Source: Malacoraja senta
Taxonomy: Eukaryota
Direction: 5' to 3'
DNA length: 64,000 bases
Assembly (NCBI GenBank): GCA_038087875.1
Contig: JAXLNO010000408.1
Span: 124,001 to 188,000 of the forward strand
Made by a program: the position numbers and the translations under genes. Under the pieces are notes generated by a model. It was given only the letters and a program-made list of their open reading frames with translations, searched no databases and was not told where the DNA came from. The number at the start of each line of letters is the position of its first letter. Position 1 is the stretch's first letter. Of this stretch, positions 1-12,500 are shown piece after piece.

Positions 1-249
1 GGGCTGGCGAGTGTTTGCCCGGGCTGGCGAGTGTTTGCCGGGCTGGCTGGTCGCTTGCCTGCAGCTCCGGCCATGGAGCAGCCCCAGTGCAAGAGTCCCG
101 GGCGTCAGAGCCGTCGAACGTTGTGCCTCTGCCGTGAGAGTCTCTGTGCTGAATTCACCCAGGTGACCGGCGTGGATCAGGCTGCGGCTCGGTGCATCCT
201 GGAGGTTGTGGCTGCTGGAAGTAGGTACCAAGCACCGACCAGCGATCCC

Positions 250-489
250 CGCACATTAACACTACCCTACCCTCACTAGGGACAATTTATTACATTTACA
301 CCAAGCCAATTAACCTACAAACCTGCACGTCTTTGGAGTGTGGGAGGAAGCCGGAGATGTCGGAGAAAACCCACGCAGGTCACGGGGAGAACGTGCAAAC
401 TCCGTACAGACAGCATCCGTAGTCAGGATAGAACCCGGGTCTCTGGCGCTGTGAGGCAGCAACTCTACCGCTGCGCCACCGTGCTGCCC
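250..489 (-). mobile_element. tRNA-derived V-SINE (HE1-like elasmobranch SINE)
   Basis: Minus strand begins GGGCAGCACGGTGGCGCAGCGGTAGAG (A box) ... GACCCGGGTTCTATCC (B-box-like), then the V-SINE core GGAGTTTGCACGTTCTCCCCGTG. Confidence 0.8.
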
Positions 490-741
490 AACATTGGACA
501 TTAATGCAACGTTTGTTTGATTTCATGTTTGAGCCCAGGGTCATTGCCCCAATTACCCAGCGTTCTATGAATGTTTGCTGTATCAAGGCCCAGAGGACAG
601 GAGTAAAGAGGAAAGGTTCAAAGACCAGGGGGATGGGAAGGGTCCCAAGACTGCATCGTCTGTTGGCCGTGGTGTGGTGAGGATTGGAGAGTCAGAGAAC
701 ACAGTGTAGTGAGGAATGGATGGTCACAGTGTGGGGGGGGG

Positions 742-913
742 TCACAAAGTATCTCTGTCGTTGGTCATCGTGACCTTGACAACGGTGACGAAGGTACTGT
801 AGAGGAAACTGATAATGAACAGGGTGCGAAGGCAGCAACTGCGAACACATTGTCATCTCCATCCAAGTCCCCTGGTTCCTCCTTCCCTTCCTCTCCTGTC
901 AAGTCTGTGTCGG
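742..913 (-). pseudogene. IgW: IgW transmembrane exon with a 1-nt deletion
   Basis: Pyrimidine-rich acceptor (AG at 915-914). Phase-1 translation ADTDLTGEEGKEEPGDLDGDDNVFAVAAF, frameshift, then TLFIISFLYSTFVTVVKVTMTNDRDTL*. Acidic spacer plus the antigen-receptor TM motif F..S..YST..T. Length 172 nt, one base short of in-frame. Confidence 0.85.
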
Positions 914-1199
914 CTTCAGGACAAATGAGAAGGTGAGACAGTCAGTTGCCACGGATGTTTTGTGAAGATCAACAACGTGTGAATAAAATGAAGACAACAG
1001 GAGGACAGGAACACAGGAGGCTTGGGTCAGTTCCAGGCGTTCAATGATATTGTGGAGATTTATCACCAACTCCACTGAGCTGACTTTCCCCCCCACATCC
1101 ATTAACATGTCGTATAGTCAAACTCTGCAATCTCAGATTTAAAATCACCTTCAGACCTGGAACCAAACGCCAACTGTGGAAGGCAATTCCAAACTTCCA

Positions 1200-1302
1200 T
1201 GAGCCTCTGATAGACACGAAAAGCTGGAGTAACTCAGCGGGACAGGCAGTATCTCTGGAGAGAAGGAACGGTGAGGTTTCGGGTCGAGACCCTTCTTCAG
1301 AC
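1200..1302 (-). mobile_element. Penelope-like element terminal fragment with degenerate hammerhead motif
   Basis: CTGAAGAAGGGTCTCGACCCGAAACCTC followed by the CTCCAGAGATACTGCC...GCTGAGTTACTCCAGC tail shared with the other PLE copies. Confidence 0.65.
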
Positions 1303-2949
1303 GCCATGACCCTCTTCCGTGCAGCTACATTTAGATGCTGTACTTTGTACAAAGTTGGATTTCCATAAATCAGGGAGATGATTTGTAACCCAGGGAGCAC
1401 TGTACACAAGTAAAAAATAATTCCTCCTCATCTAGTTAGTTCAGTTTATTGTCACGTGTACCGAGGTACAGTGAATATCTTTTGTTGCGTGCTAACCAGT
1501 CAGCGGAAAGACAAAACATGATTACAAATGAGTCATTTACTGTGTAAACATACACGATAAGGGATTAACGTTTAGTGCAAGGTAAGCCAGTAAAGTCTGA
1601 TCAAGGATAGTCTGAGAGTCTCCAATGAGGTAGGTAGTTCAGGACCGCTCTCTGGTTGTGGTAGGATGATTCAGTTGCCTGATAACAGCCGGAAGAAACA
1701 GTCCCTGAATGATGTATGAATGAATGAATGAATAAGTTTATTGGCCAAGTATTCACATACAAGGAATTTGCCTTTGAGTGCTCCGCCCACTCACGAGTAA
1801 CAACATGACATACAGGGACAGTTAGGATGATACATAAAGCATTATTGATTAAACATGTGGAGGTCTGTAAATAGATCATCCCAGGATAATCTATTCTGTT
1901 AGCTCCCATGAACTTTGTGAAAACATTGAACAAATCTTCCTTTCGCATTCAAAATGGCAACTTATTTAGCATCTTCTCACTTTGTAATTGACCCTGGAGA
2001 GTCCCGGTGTGTTCAACCCTCCATGCCAGCCAGTGTCTCCTCTTTGGGTATGGTCCACACACATTTAAAGAGCTGGTTCTTGCCACAGATTTGCCCATTC
2101 ACCTCATGTATCCTTATCTCAGCAATGCCACCATCCAGATGCCCTGTTGACACTTCTGCTTGCCTTGTGTGAGCGGCAAACTTGGTCGTGTGGCTTTCTA
2201 TCCGACATCGCAACTATCAATAAATATAGTGAATAGCTTCAGCCCTGAACACATTGCCACAGGCAAAGCTCATCACCGGCCCTTCATTCTGTACCTTTCC
2301 AATTTCTGAATGAGTTTATCAATGCATTCACAAAGATGATCAAAACTCCTTTCCCCTCTTCATTAGCTTTGAATATTTTAAAGAGCAGAAAGATTCATCA
2401 GGAACCAGGTTCAAAGTTACCATCCGGAGCCTGGGATCCCTCGCCGGAGAAGATTCCGACCGCCGGCCTGCGGCCTATAACATCCTGAAGCCTCGCACTC
2501 CAAGGCGTCTGAACGAGGGTCTTGACCCAAACCATCACCCATTCCTCCTCTCCAAGAGTGTGTTCGACCGTTCATGGCCCCGACCACGGGTGAACAAGGA
2601 GGAGGACTGGCTGAACTTTGTAGCCTTCCACCACAGTGAAGAATCCTTTTTTTAAATTTTCAAAATAGACTTTATTCAGGTAATAAATATATACAATACA
2701 TGAACCGTGCGAAAATGCATCCGACATTTTCGGAGGCTATACAAATCGTTCAATACAGTCTATTGTTTGTGTTAAATCTTATTGTGTATTGTGTGTTGTT
2801 TTTCAGTGTATCGCTGCTGGCAAATTCATTTCACTGCACCTTCGGGTGTATGTGACGAATAAAATGGACTTTGATGTGTGGGAAGGAACTGCAGATGCTG
2901 GTTTACACCGAAGATAGGAACTGCAAGTTCTCTGAAACGTTGGTAATTG

Positions 2950-3480
2950 ATGTTTCAAGAGTCAAGAGAGTTCTATTGTCGTGTGTCCCAGATAGGACAA
3001 TGACATTCTCACTTGCTGGCAGCACAACAGGATATGTAAACATAGTACGGAACAGGAGATACAAGTTCAGTGTGTCTATATACCATAGACCATATATATA
3101 CAATAAATAAAACAGATAAAGTGCAATAGGCTGTTATTGTTCAGAGTTTGTTTGATGTCGAGTTTAATAGCCTTAATAGCTGTGGGGAAGCAGCTATTCC
3201 TGAACCTGGATGTTCCAGATTTCAGGCTCCTGTACCTTCTTCCCAATGGCAACGGAGAGATGAGTGAGTGGCCAGGATGGTGTGTGGGTCCTTGATGATG
3301 TTGGCAGGCTTTTTGAGGCAGCGACTGCGATAGATCCCTTCGATGGTGGGGAGGTCAGAGCCGATGATGGACTGGGCAGTGGTCACAACTTTCTGCATTC
3401 TTTTCCGCTCCTGGACGTTCAAGTTGCCGAACCAAGCCATGATGCAACTAGTTATGTTTAACCAAAAGGTGATGTTTGAT
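2950..3480 (-). mobile_element. Rex1/Babar-type LINE 3' fragment
   Basis: Translates SCIMAWFGNLNVQERKRMQKVVTTAQSIIGSDLPTIEGIYRSRCLKK...IIKDPH, the RT C-terminal region of this clade. Confidence 0.75.
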
Positions 3481-3699
3481 ATGAATTTGGTCTGGAATCC
3501 ATTTTCATTCTCAGTTGACGTTCTCTCCCTGGCTGAGTAATGTGAACCCTGGAACACCAGTCTGCACAAGACACTGCATAGCAGTGACTTTCTGGAGAGA
3601 CATTCCCTTTCCTCAAGAGTAGCAACTGCCTCAACTAACACAGCCTGGTCTTGTTACTATCGGCACAATATCACAAGAGGAGATAACCCACATTTGACA

Positions 3700-4400
3700 G
3701 AGTGCAGGAGATGGTTAGACACACGTATGTACAACCAGGCTCCTTCACCCAGAGTAGTGCAATCAAGAACCAGGGCATGGGTTTAAAGTGAGGGGGGACA
3801 GATTTAATGGGAATCTGAGGGGCAACCTTTTCACACAGAGGGCACTGGGTACATGGAATGTGCTGCAGGAGGAGGTAGTTGAGGCAGAAACTATGACAAT
3901 GTTTTAAAGTTATTTGGACAGGTACATGGATAGGACGAATAGTGAAAGGCCTGGACTGAGCGGATGTAAAGAGGATGATTCCACTGGTGGGAGAGTCGAG
4001 GACCATAGCCTCAGAATTAAAGGAGGTTCCTCTAGGAAATGAGGAGGAATTTGTTTTGTCACAGGGTAGTGAATCTGAGGAAGTCATTGCCACAGAAGGC
4101 TGTGGAGGCCCACTCAATGGGTATTTTTAAAGCAGAGATAGATTGATTCTTGATTAGTATTGGTGTCAAGGGAGAAGGCAAGACAATGGGGTTAGGAAGG
4201 CGAGATAGATCAGCCATGATTGAATGGCAGAGTAGACTTGATGGGCTGAATGGCCTAATTCTGCTCCTATCACATGAACATGAGATGATCAGTGATTTAG
4301 GCCAAACACGGGGAGACGGGACTAGTGTAGATCGGGCACTTGGTTGGCAAAGGCAAGCTGAGCCGAAGGGCCTGTTACCGTCCTGTATAAATCTATGACT
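3700..4400 (+). mobile_element. CR1 LINE 3' fragments (degraded)
   Basis: CR1 3' motifs (TTTTCACACAGAGG...TGGAAT, AGGGTAGTGAATCTG) and the AATGGCCTAATTCTGCTCCTAT tail. Confidence 0.6.
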
Positions 4401-4446
4401 CCATGATCACTCCAATGCAACACGCTTGTACCCAGCTCCATCCACT

Positions 4447-4667
4447 CAATGGACTTTCTGATGGACCTCTTTTCCAGTGTCGACAAACAATTGTACAAGT
4501 ACAAATACTCAACTCCACTCTTCAAATTAGCAGCAAGCCAACTAGACTGAGATGCCACACACAGAGGGGCCGACAACAATGAGTGGACTGACCCTGTGAC
4601 ACTAATTTTGAAGAACAGCAGGCTTGGTCTTCTCAGTGTCCTGGCCACTGAGGAGTTTTGGAATAAA
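4447..4667 (-). pseudogene. IgW: Degraded CH5-like remnant (duplicate cassette)
   Basis: AG acceptor at 4669-4668. The 3' part reads AANLKSGVEYLYLYNCLSTLEKRSIRKSI, which aligns with AAEWESGAVYTCVVEDKSLPTPERRSLEKPT of CH5 at 15813-16123. The 5' half cannot be aligned. Confidence 0.5.
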
Positions 4668-4699
4668 CTGAAGATGTAAAAGTACAGAGATATTTAGCA

Positions 4700-5130
4700 T
4701 TGTGCCCTAGTTCTGGTTGCATCGTGGCCTGGTTCGGCAACTTGAACGTCCAGGAGCGAAAAAGACTACAAAAGTTGTGACTACTGCCCAGTTCATCGCC
4801 GGCTTTGACCGTCGAAGGGATCTCACCATCCTGGCCACACACTCATCTCACCATTGCCATCAGGAAGCAGTTATAGGAGCCTGAAAACTGTAATGTCCAG
4901 GTACAGGAACAGCTACTTCCCTGCAGCCATCAGGCTATTAAACACAACGAATAAGCTCTGAGCTCTGAACTGCAAAAGATTATATTATTATTTGTTATTT
5001 GCACTATTTGTTATTTATTGATCTTTTTCTATTTTTCTCTTCCCCGTTATGTACTATGTTTACATATTCACATATTCTGTTGTGCTGCAGCAAGCATGAA
5101 ATGCATTGTCCTGTCTGGGGCATATGACAA
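4700..5130 (-). mobile_element. Rex1/Babar-type LINE 3' fragment
   Basis: Homologous to 2950-3480 (TTCCTGAACCTGGA-like core, TGGCCAGGATGGTG). Confidence 0.65.
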
Positions 5131-5289
5131 TAAAACACTCTTCACTCTTCTTGACCCTAGTCTAGGCCTCTTGGTTATTACTCACTCACTCACACACTGC
5201 AACACCTGTCCTTCAGTGCTAAACTTGCCTGGCCCTATTTTGTGACGGGGTAAAAGATGTGTTCATTAAAGTGAATCCCAGCACCGTAC

Positions 5290-5595
5290 TTGAAAGCTTT
5301 TCACTTCCCGACTGATACTGGTGTTCGAGGGGGATGAGACACTGTACAGCCGAAGACTGAGCCTTTCTTCCAATCCTCTGAACTCACAGTCAGGAAGTGG
5401 CAAGCACTGAAGTCCCCCCCTGCTCCAGAGCAGTCGGTGTAGCGTTGGTGGTGGAGGAGATCGGGGCTCCGTCTTTCTCCCAAGTGACGTTTATGAGGTA
5501 GAAACCAGAGAGCACACATTCGAGGTGGCTGTGTGGTACGCGTGGTCTCTTGATGAGCTGGAGGCAGCAGCTGACCTTGAGTCTTTTTGTTTCAA
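5290..5595 (-). pseudogene. IgW: IgW CH4-like exon, second copy (CH4'), several frameshifts
   Basis: Acceptor TGTTCCAG|TTGA matches CH4 at 18012. Fragments ECVLSGFYLINVTWEKDGAPISSTTNATPTALEQGG and FSACHFLTVSSEDWKKGSVFGCTVSH lie in different frames. Confidence 0.85.
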
Positions 5596-5637
5596 CTGGA
5601 ACAGAGGAGCAAAGTAGATGTGAGACCCTCTTCCTCA

Positions 5638-5975
5638 AGGGCCTGTCCCACTTACGCAACTTTTTCGGCGACTGCAGGCACTCGTCATCGTCGTTACAGG
5701 TGGCCGAAAATGTTCAACATGTTGAAAATCCAGCGTCGACTTGAACAAGGTAGACTCTTTGGGCGACTACTCACGACCATATAGGCTCACCCCGCGACAT
5801 GTCGCCAGGGTGTCGCCTGTATGGTCGTGAATCGTCTCCTCAGTCGCCCAAAGAGTCGTAGAATCTTTCTGGTCACCACTGAATTTTCAACATGTTGAAC
5901 ATTTCCGCCGACCTGCAACGACCTACAACGGGTGCCGGCAGTCACCGAAAACGTTGCGTAAGTGGGACAGGCCCT
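5638..5975. mobile_element. PIF/Harbinger-like MITE with long palindromic arms
   Basis: TIR AGGGCCTGTCCCACTTACGCAAC at both ends; 3-bp TSD TCA at 5635-5637 and 5976-5978; same family as 31242-31583. Confidence 0.8.
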
Positions 5976-6021
5976 TCATGGCAACTAATGTTGGCCGTAT
6001 CATTGCCGATCTTTCGCCCAC

Positions 6022-6321
6022 CTTTGGCACTTTCTGTCCGCGCTGACACTGGTGAGGATGATGGAGATCGTTGGGCAGAGCACACAACCTCCACCCCACT
6101 GGTCCACTCCTCCACACTGCTCCGGAGTTTACTGCTCACTCTGTCTTGGGTCCTTTCCCCTCTGGGTTGGCCGGTCACAGCCCCTGTAGTTCTCTCCCTT
6201 CCGCTCACTTGCAGTAGATTTGGACCTGGCTCAGATCAGCACCCATTACCACGCACACCACAGTAGCGGTCTTGTTGATCAAATCTCTTCAGTGGAGGGG
6301 TTTGGAGAAAGACAGACAATT
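6022..6321 (-). pseudogene. IgW: IgW CH3-like exon, second copy (CH3'), three 1-nt deletions
   Basis: AG acceptor at 6323-6322 and GT donor at 6021-6020. Reconstructs to ELSVFLQNPSTEEIWINKTATVVC...QVSGRERTTG...SSKLRSSVEEWTSGVEVVCSAQRSPSSSPVSARTESAK. In-frame stop as written. Confidence 0.88.
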
Positions 6322-6594
6322 CTGCAGATGAGAAATAGGAAGCTTACAAACCGGTTTTGTAATGGCTTGTGTGTGTTTCCCATACAAGCCATAGGGACTG
6401 TGCAATCTGAACCCAAGCACCAAGTTGTAAGCAGCCGAAGGTGCTCATCCTTCCAGACAGCCCCCACTCTCCCACGGCCACCCTCCGCCTCATCTCCCCC
6501 GCTGTGTCGGGCTGTGGGTCGGGTGGAGCGGAGGTGTGGGACAGGCTGGTCCCTCCGTCCACCCAGAGTCACTGACCGCGATGTACCGCCATCA

Positions 6595-7768
6595 GACCCC
6601 AACCCCCACACCAGGGTGATTCCCCCCTCTCCTCCGGCCCCCGGACCCTGACACCCCACCACTGGGTGATTCACCCCCCTCTCCTCCGACCCCCAGACCC
6701 CAACCCCCACACCAGGGTGATTCCCCCCCTCTCCTCCGGCCCCCAGACCCTGACACCCACACTGGGTGATTCACCCCCTCTCCTCCGGCCCCCGGACCCT
6801 GACACCCACACCGGGTGATTCACCCCCCTCTCCTCCGACCCCCAGACCCTGACACCCACACTAGGTGATTCACCCCCACCCCGACCCCCGGACCCTGACA
6901 CCCACACTGGGTGATTCACCCCCCTCTCCTCCGACCCCCAGACCCTGACACCCACACTAGGTGATTCACCCCCACCCCGACCCCCGGACCCTGACACCCA
7001 CACTGGGTGATTCACCCCCCTCTCCTCCGACCCCCGGACCCTGACACCCACACCGGGTGATTCACCCCCACCCCCGACCCCAGACCCTGACACCCACACT
7101 GGGTGATTCACCCCCACCCCGACCCCCAGACCCTGACACCCACACTGGGTGATTCAACCCCACCCCGACCCCCAGACCCTGACACCCACACCGGGTGATT
7201 CACCCCCACCCCGACCCCAGACCCTGACACCCACACTGGGTGATTCAACCCCACCCCGACCCCCAGACCCTGACACCCACACTGGGTGATTCACCCCCAC
7301 CCCGACCCCAGACCCTGACACCCACACCGGGTGATTCACCCCCACCCCGACCCCCCAGACCCTGACACCCACACTGGGTGATTCAACCCCACCCCGACCC
7401 CCCAGACCCTGACACCCACACCGGGTGATTCACCCCCACCCCGACCCCAGACCCTGACACCCACACCGGGTGATTCACCCCCTCTCCTCCGACCCCCAGA
7501 CCCTGACACCCACACTGGGTGATTCAACCCCACCCCGACCCCCAGACCCTGACACCCACAACCGGGTGATTCACCCCCACCCCGACCCCCAGACCCTGAC
7601 ACCCACACCGGGTGATTCACCCCCACTCCGACCCCCGGACCCTGACACCCACACCAGGTGATTCACCCCCACCCCGACCCCCGGACCCTGACACCCACAC
7701 CAGGTGATTCACCCCCACCCCGACCCCCGGACCCTGACACCCACACTGGGTGATTCACCCCCACCCCG
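6595..7768. repeat. GC-skewed minisatellite, ~46-bp unit
   Basis: Tandem GGGTGATTCACCCCCACCCCGACCCCCAGACCCTGACACCCACAC(T/C) variants, about 25 copies. Confidence 0.95.
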
Positions 7769-7849
7769 GCCGTGGGGACAGACGGCTCGGGGCAGAGCAA
7801 ATCGCTTTTAAACATGTGGGGGGGGGGATACATTCCCTGGTGGGCCGAA

Positions 7850-8110
7850 GGTGAGAGAGAGGGGGGAGAGAGAGAAGAGGGGTGAGAGAGGGGGGAGAGA
7901 GAGAAGAGGGGGGAGAGAGAGAAGAGGGGTGAGAGAGAGAGAAGGGAGAGAGAGGGGGGGGAGAGAGAGGAGGGGAGAGAGAGAGAGAAGGAGAGAGGGG
8001 GGGAGAGAGAGAGGGGGAGGGAGAGAAGGGAGAGAGAGAAGGGGAAGAGAGGAGGAGGAGAGAGAGAAGAGGGGAGAGAGAAGGGAGAGAAGGAAGAGGG
8101 GAGAAGGGGG
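7850..8110 (+). repeat. Polypurine (GA/GGA) low-complexity tract
   Basis: Almost pure G/A run. Confidence 0.95.
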
Positions 8111-8679
8111 TGACGGGAGCGTGAGGTTCATTTCCCCACACAAGCCATAGGTGACTGGGCAATCTAAACCCTAGCACCAAGTTGAAAGCAGCCGAGGGTG
8201 CGCATCCCTCGGGACAGCCCCCACTCTCCCACGGCCACTCTCCGCGGGCTGCGGGTCGGGTGGAGCGGAGGTTTGGGACAATGCTCATGCCTTCACAGTG
8301 ATGTGGTGGACGCGGGGGTCTGGACCAATCACCCCCCCGGCAACGTCCAGTCCGTTATTGGACTTTTCTGTTGAGCGGCAGTCGGTCGTTGGCCTGCAGG
8401 CGACGCCGCCTTGCGGGTAGGTGGCGTTTCGGCAAAGCGGCCATTCTGTGAGTTGGCTTTAGGCGTCCCGCCCCCTTTGGTCAGTTGGCGTTTCGGCCTA
8501 GTTTCCATTGGGTTATTTGGCTTCCACTTCTTTGCTTGGTCCGTCAGCGCCAGCACCTCACACTTAATCAAACACAATACATTCTCCACAACACTTATAC
8601 AAATACAATAACACTAACACAAACAAAACTACAATTCTTTATTGGTATTCAATATTAGTGCACCATAGAAAGCATTTTA

Positions 8680-9110
8680 TCAGGAAGCATCACAGCACGG
8701 TTTGGGAACAGCTCCAACCAACAAACGGCTGCAAATTGTGGACAGTTGCAGCCCAGACATCACACAAACTAACCTCCCTTCCATTGACTCCATGTACACC
8801 TCACGCTGCCTCAGCAAGGCCAGCAGCATAATCAAGGGCCAGTCTCACCCTGGCCACTCTCTCTTCTCCCCTATCCCATCAGGCAACAGGTATAGAAGTG
8901 TAAAAACGCACACCTCTAGATTCAGGGACAGTTTCTTCCCAGCTGCTATCAAGCAACTGAACCATCCCCTCACCAACTAGAGAGCGGTCCTGAGCTACCA
9001 TCTACCTCACTGGAGACCCTCGCACTATGTTTAATCAGACATTACCTTGCACAAAACATTATTCTCTTTATCATGTATCTGTATACTGTAGATGGCTTGA
9101 TTGTAATCAG
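8680..9110 (+). mobile_element. Rex1/Babar-type LINE 3' fragment
   Basis: LPSIDSMYTSRCLSKASSIIK...HPGHSLFSPIPSGNRYRSVKTHTSRFRDSFFPAAIKQLN. Confidence 0.8.
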
Positions 9111-9480
9111 GATGCATATGCTGAGAGAATGGAGCGGCTGGGCTTGTACACTCTGGAGTTTAGAAGGATGAGAGGGTATCTTATTGAAACATATAAGATT
9201 ATTAAGGGTTTGGACACGCTAGAGGCAGGAAACATGTTCCCGATGTTGGGGAGTCTGAACCAGGGGCCACAGTTTTTAGAATAAGGGGTCGGCCATTTAG
9301 AACGGAGACGAGGAAACACTTTTTCTCACAGAGAATGGTGAGTCTGTGGAATTCTCTGCCTCAGATCATCCCCAATCAGTACCCTGTTCCTGCCTTCACC
9401 CCAAATCCCCTGACTGCGCTATTTTTAAGAGCCCTATCTAGCTCTCTCTTGAAAGCATCCAGAGAACCTGCCTCCACCGC
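9110..9480. mobile_element. CR1 3' fragments in both orientations
   Basis: YAERMERLGLYTLEFRRMRGYLIETYKIIKGLD on the plus strand, followed by an inverted tail piece. Confidence 0.7.
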
Positions 9481-9516
9481 CCTCTGAGCAGAAAATTCAC
9501 AGACTCACCACTCCTT

Positions 9517-12500
9517 ATTCGTAAACTCCAGAGTGTACAAGCCCAGCTGCTCCATTCTCTCAGCATATGACAGTCCCGCCATCCCGGGAATTAACCTTGT
9601 AAATCTACGCTGCACTCCCTCAATAGCAAGAATGTCCTTCCTCAAATTAGGGATCAAAACTGCACACAATACTCCAGGTGTGGTCTCACTAGGGCCCTGT
9701 ACAACTGCAGAAGGACCTCTTTGCTCCTATATTCGATTCCTCCTGTTATAAAGGCCAACATGCCATTCGCTTTCTTCACTGCTGCTGTACCTGCATGCAT
9801 ACTTTCATAGACTGATGTACAAGGACCCCAGATCCCGTTGTACTTCCCCTTTCCCAACTTGACGCCATTTAGATAGTAATCTGCCTTCCTGTTTTTGCTA
9901 CCAAAGTGGATACCTCACATTTATCCACATTAAACTTCATCTGCATGCATCTGCCCACTCCCCCAACCTGTCCAAAGTCACCCTGCATTCTCATAGCATC
10001 CTCCTCACAGTTCACACTGCCACCCAGCTTTGTGTCATCTGCAAATTTGCTAATGTTACTTTGAATCCTTCATCCAAATCATTGATGTATATTGTAAATA
10101 GCTGTGGTCCCAGCACCGAGCCTTGCGGTACCCCACTAGTCACTGCCTGCCATTCTGAAAGGGACCCTTTAATCCCTACTCTTTGTTTCCTGTCTGCCAA
10201 CCACTTCTCTATCCATGTCAGCACTCTACCCCCAATACCATGTGCCCTCATTTTGCCCACTAATCTCCTATGGTGGGACCTTATCAAAAGCTTTCTGAAA
10301 GTCCAGGTACACTACATCACTGGATCTCCCTTGTCCATTTTCCTAGTTACATCCACAACAAATTCCAGAAGATTAGTCCAGCATGATTTCCCCTTCGTAA
10401 ATCCATGCTGACTCGGACCGATCCTGTTACTGCTATCCAAATGTTCGGCTATCTCATCTTTTATAATTGACTCCAGCATCTTCCCCACCACCGATGTCAG
10501 GCTAATTGGTCTATAATTCCCCGTTTTCTCTCTCCCCGCCTTTCTTAAAAAGTGGGATAACATTCGCTACCCTCCAATCCACAGGAACTGATCCTGAGTC
10601 TATAGAACATTGGAAAATTATCACCAATGCATCCACGATTTCTAGAGCCACTTCCTTAAGTACCCTGGGATGCAGACCATCAGGCCCTGGGGATTTATCA
10701 GCCTTCACTCCCATCAGTCTATCCAACACCATTTCCTGCCTAATGTGGATTTCCTTCAGTTCCTCCGTCACCCCAGCTCCTCTGGCCACACTATATCAGG
10801 AAGATTGTTTGTGTCCTCCTTAGTGAAGACAGATCCAAAGTACCCTGTTCAACTCATCTGCCATTTCCTTGTTCCCCATAATAAATTCACCTTTTTCGGT
10901 CTTCAAGGGTCCAACTTTGGTCTTAAACTAATTTTTTTCCTCCACATACCTAAAGAAGCTTTTACTATCCTGCTTTATATTCTTGGCTAGCTTACCTTCG
11001 TACCTCATCTTTCTCCCCGTATTGTCTTTTTAGTTATCTTCTGTTGTTCTTTAAACATTCCCCAATCCTCTTGCTTCCCGCTCATCTTTGCTACGTTGTA
11101 CTTCTTCGCTTTAATTTTTATATTGTCCCTGACGTCCCTTGTCAGCCATGGTCGTCCCTTTCTCCCCTTGGCATCTTTCTTCCTCCTAGGAATGAACTGA
11201 TCCTGCACCTTCTGTATTATTCCTATAAACACCTGCCATTTTTGTTCCTCTGTCATCCCTGCTAGTGTATCTTTCCAGTCAACTTTGGCCAGCTCCTCCC
11301 TCATGGCCCCATAGTCCCCTTTATTCAACTGCAACACTGACACCTCCGATCTACCCTTCTCCCACTCCAATTGTAGATTAAACCTGACCATGTTATGGTC
11401 ACTGCCACCTAATGGCTCATTAACCTCGAGGTCCTTTATCAAATTCGGGTTCATTACATAACACTAAATCCAGAATTGCCTTCTCCCTGGTAGCTCCAAT
11501 ACAAGTTGTTCTAAGAATCCATCACGAAGGCACTCTACAAAGTCCTTTCTTGGGGTCCAGTACCAACCTGATTTTCCAGTCTACCTGCATGTTGAAATCT
11601 CCCAGAACAACCACAGCATTACCTTTGCTACATGCCAATTTTAACTCCTGATTCAACTTGCGCCTAGTCCAGGCTACTGTTTGGGGGCCTGTAGATTAGT
11701 CCCATTAGGGTCTTCTTACCCTTACAATTCCTTAGTTCTATCCATACTGACTCCACATCTAGTGTTTCAATGTCACCCCTTGCAAAGGACTGAATTTCAT
11801 TATTCCTCACCAACAGGGCAACCCCACCCCTTCTGCCCACCTGTCTGTCTTTTCGATAGGAGGTATACCCTTGAATATTCAGTTCCCAGCCCTGGCCCTC
11901 TTGCAGCCATGTCTCAGTAATTCCCACAACATCATACTTGCCAGTTTCTAACTGAGCCTCAAGCTCGTCCACTTTATTCCTTATACTTCGTGCATTCATA
12001 TACAGCACTTTGACCTCCGTATTCACTTCCCCCCTCGCAATTGGCCCTGACCTTACTCTGTTGTCCATTCTCAAGCTTTCCTTCCCATTAATTCAAGAAT
12101 CATTTGTAATTTTCCCTGTAGTCACTTCCCCTTCAACTCCATCTTTATACTCCCAATTTGTCAATCCCTCCCCCCACTATTTAGTTTAAACCCACACGTG
12201 TAGCCCTAGCAAACCTGCCTGCCAGAATGTCGGTCCCTCTCCAGTTAAGGTGTAACCCGTCCCTTTTGTACAGGTCACCCCTACCCCAGAAGAGATCCCA
12301 GTGGTCTATAAATCTAAATCCTTGCTTCCTGCTCCAGCCCCTCAGCCACACATTCAGATCCCCTATCTCCCTGTTCCTGTCCTCACTAGCACAAGGTACT
12401 GGAAGCAATCCAGAGATAACCACCCTAGAAGTCCGGCATTTCAGTCTTCTTCCCAACTCTCTGAAGTCATGTTGGGGAACCTCCTTCCTCTTCTTCCCGA

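Noticed and set aside
440-489. tRNA genes at the SINE heads (also at 14701)
   Set aside because: Only A/B-box remnants continuing into SINE core; no full cloverleaf.
2013-2213. ORF as a duplicated CH6 remnant
   Set aside because: No recognisable C1-set motifs in any frame.
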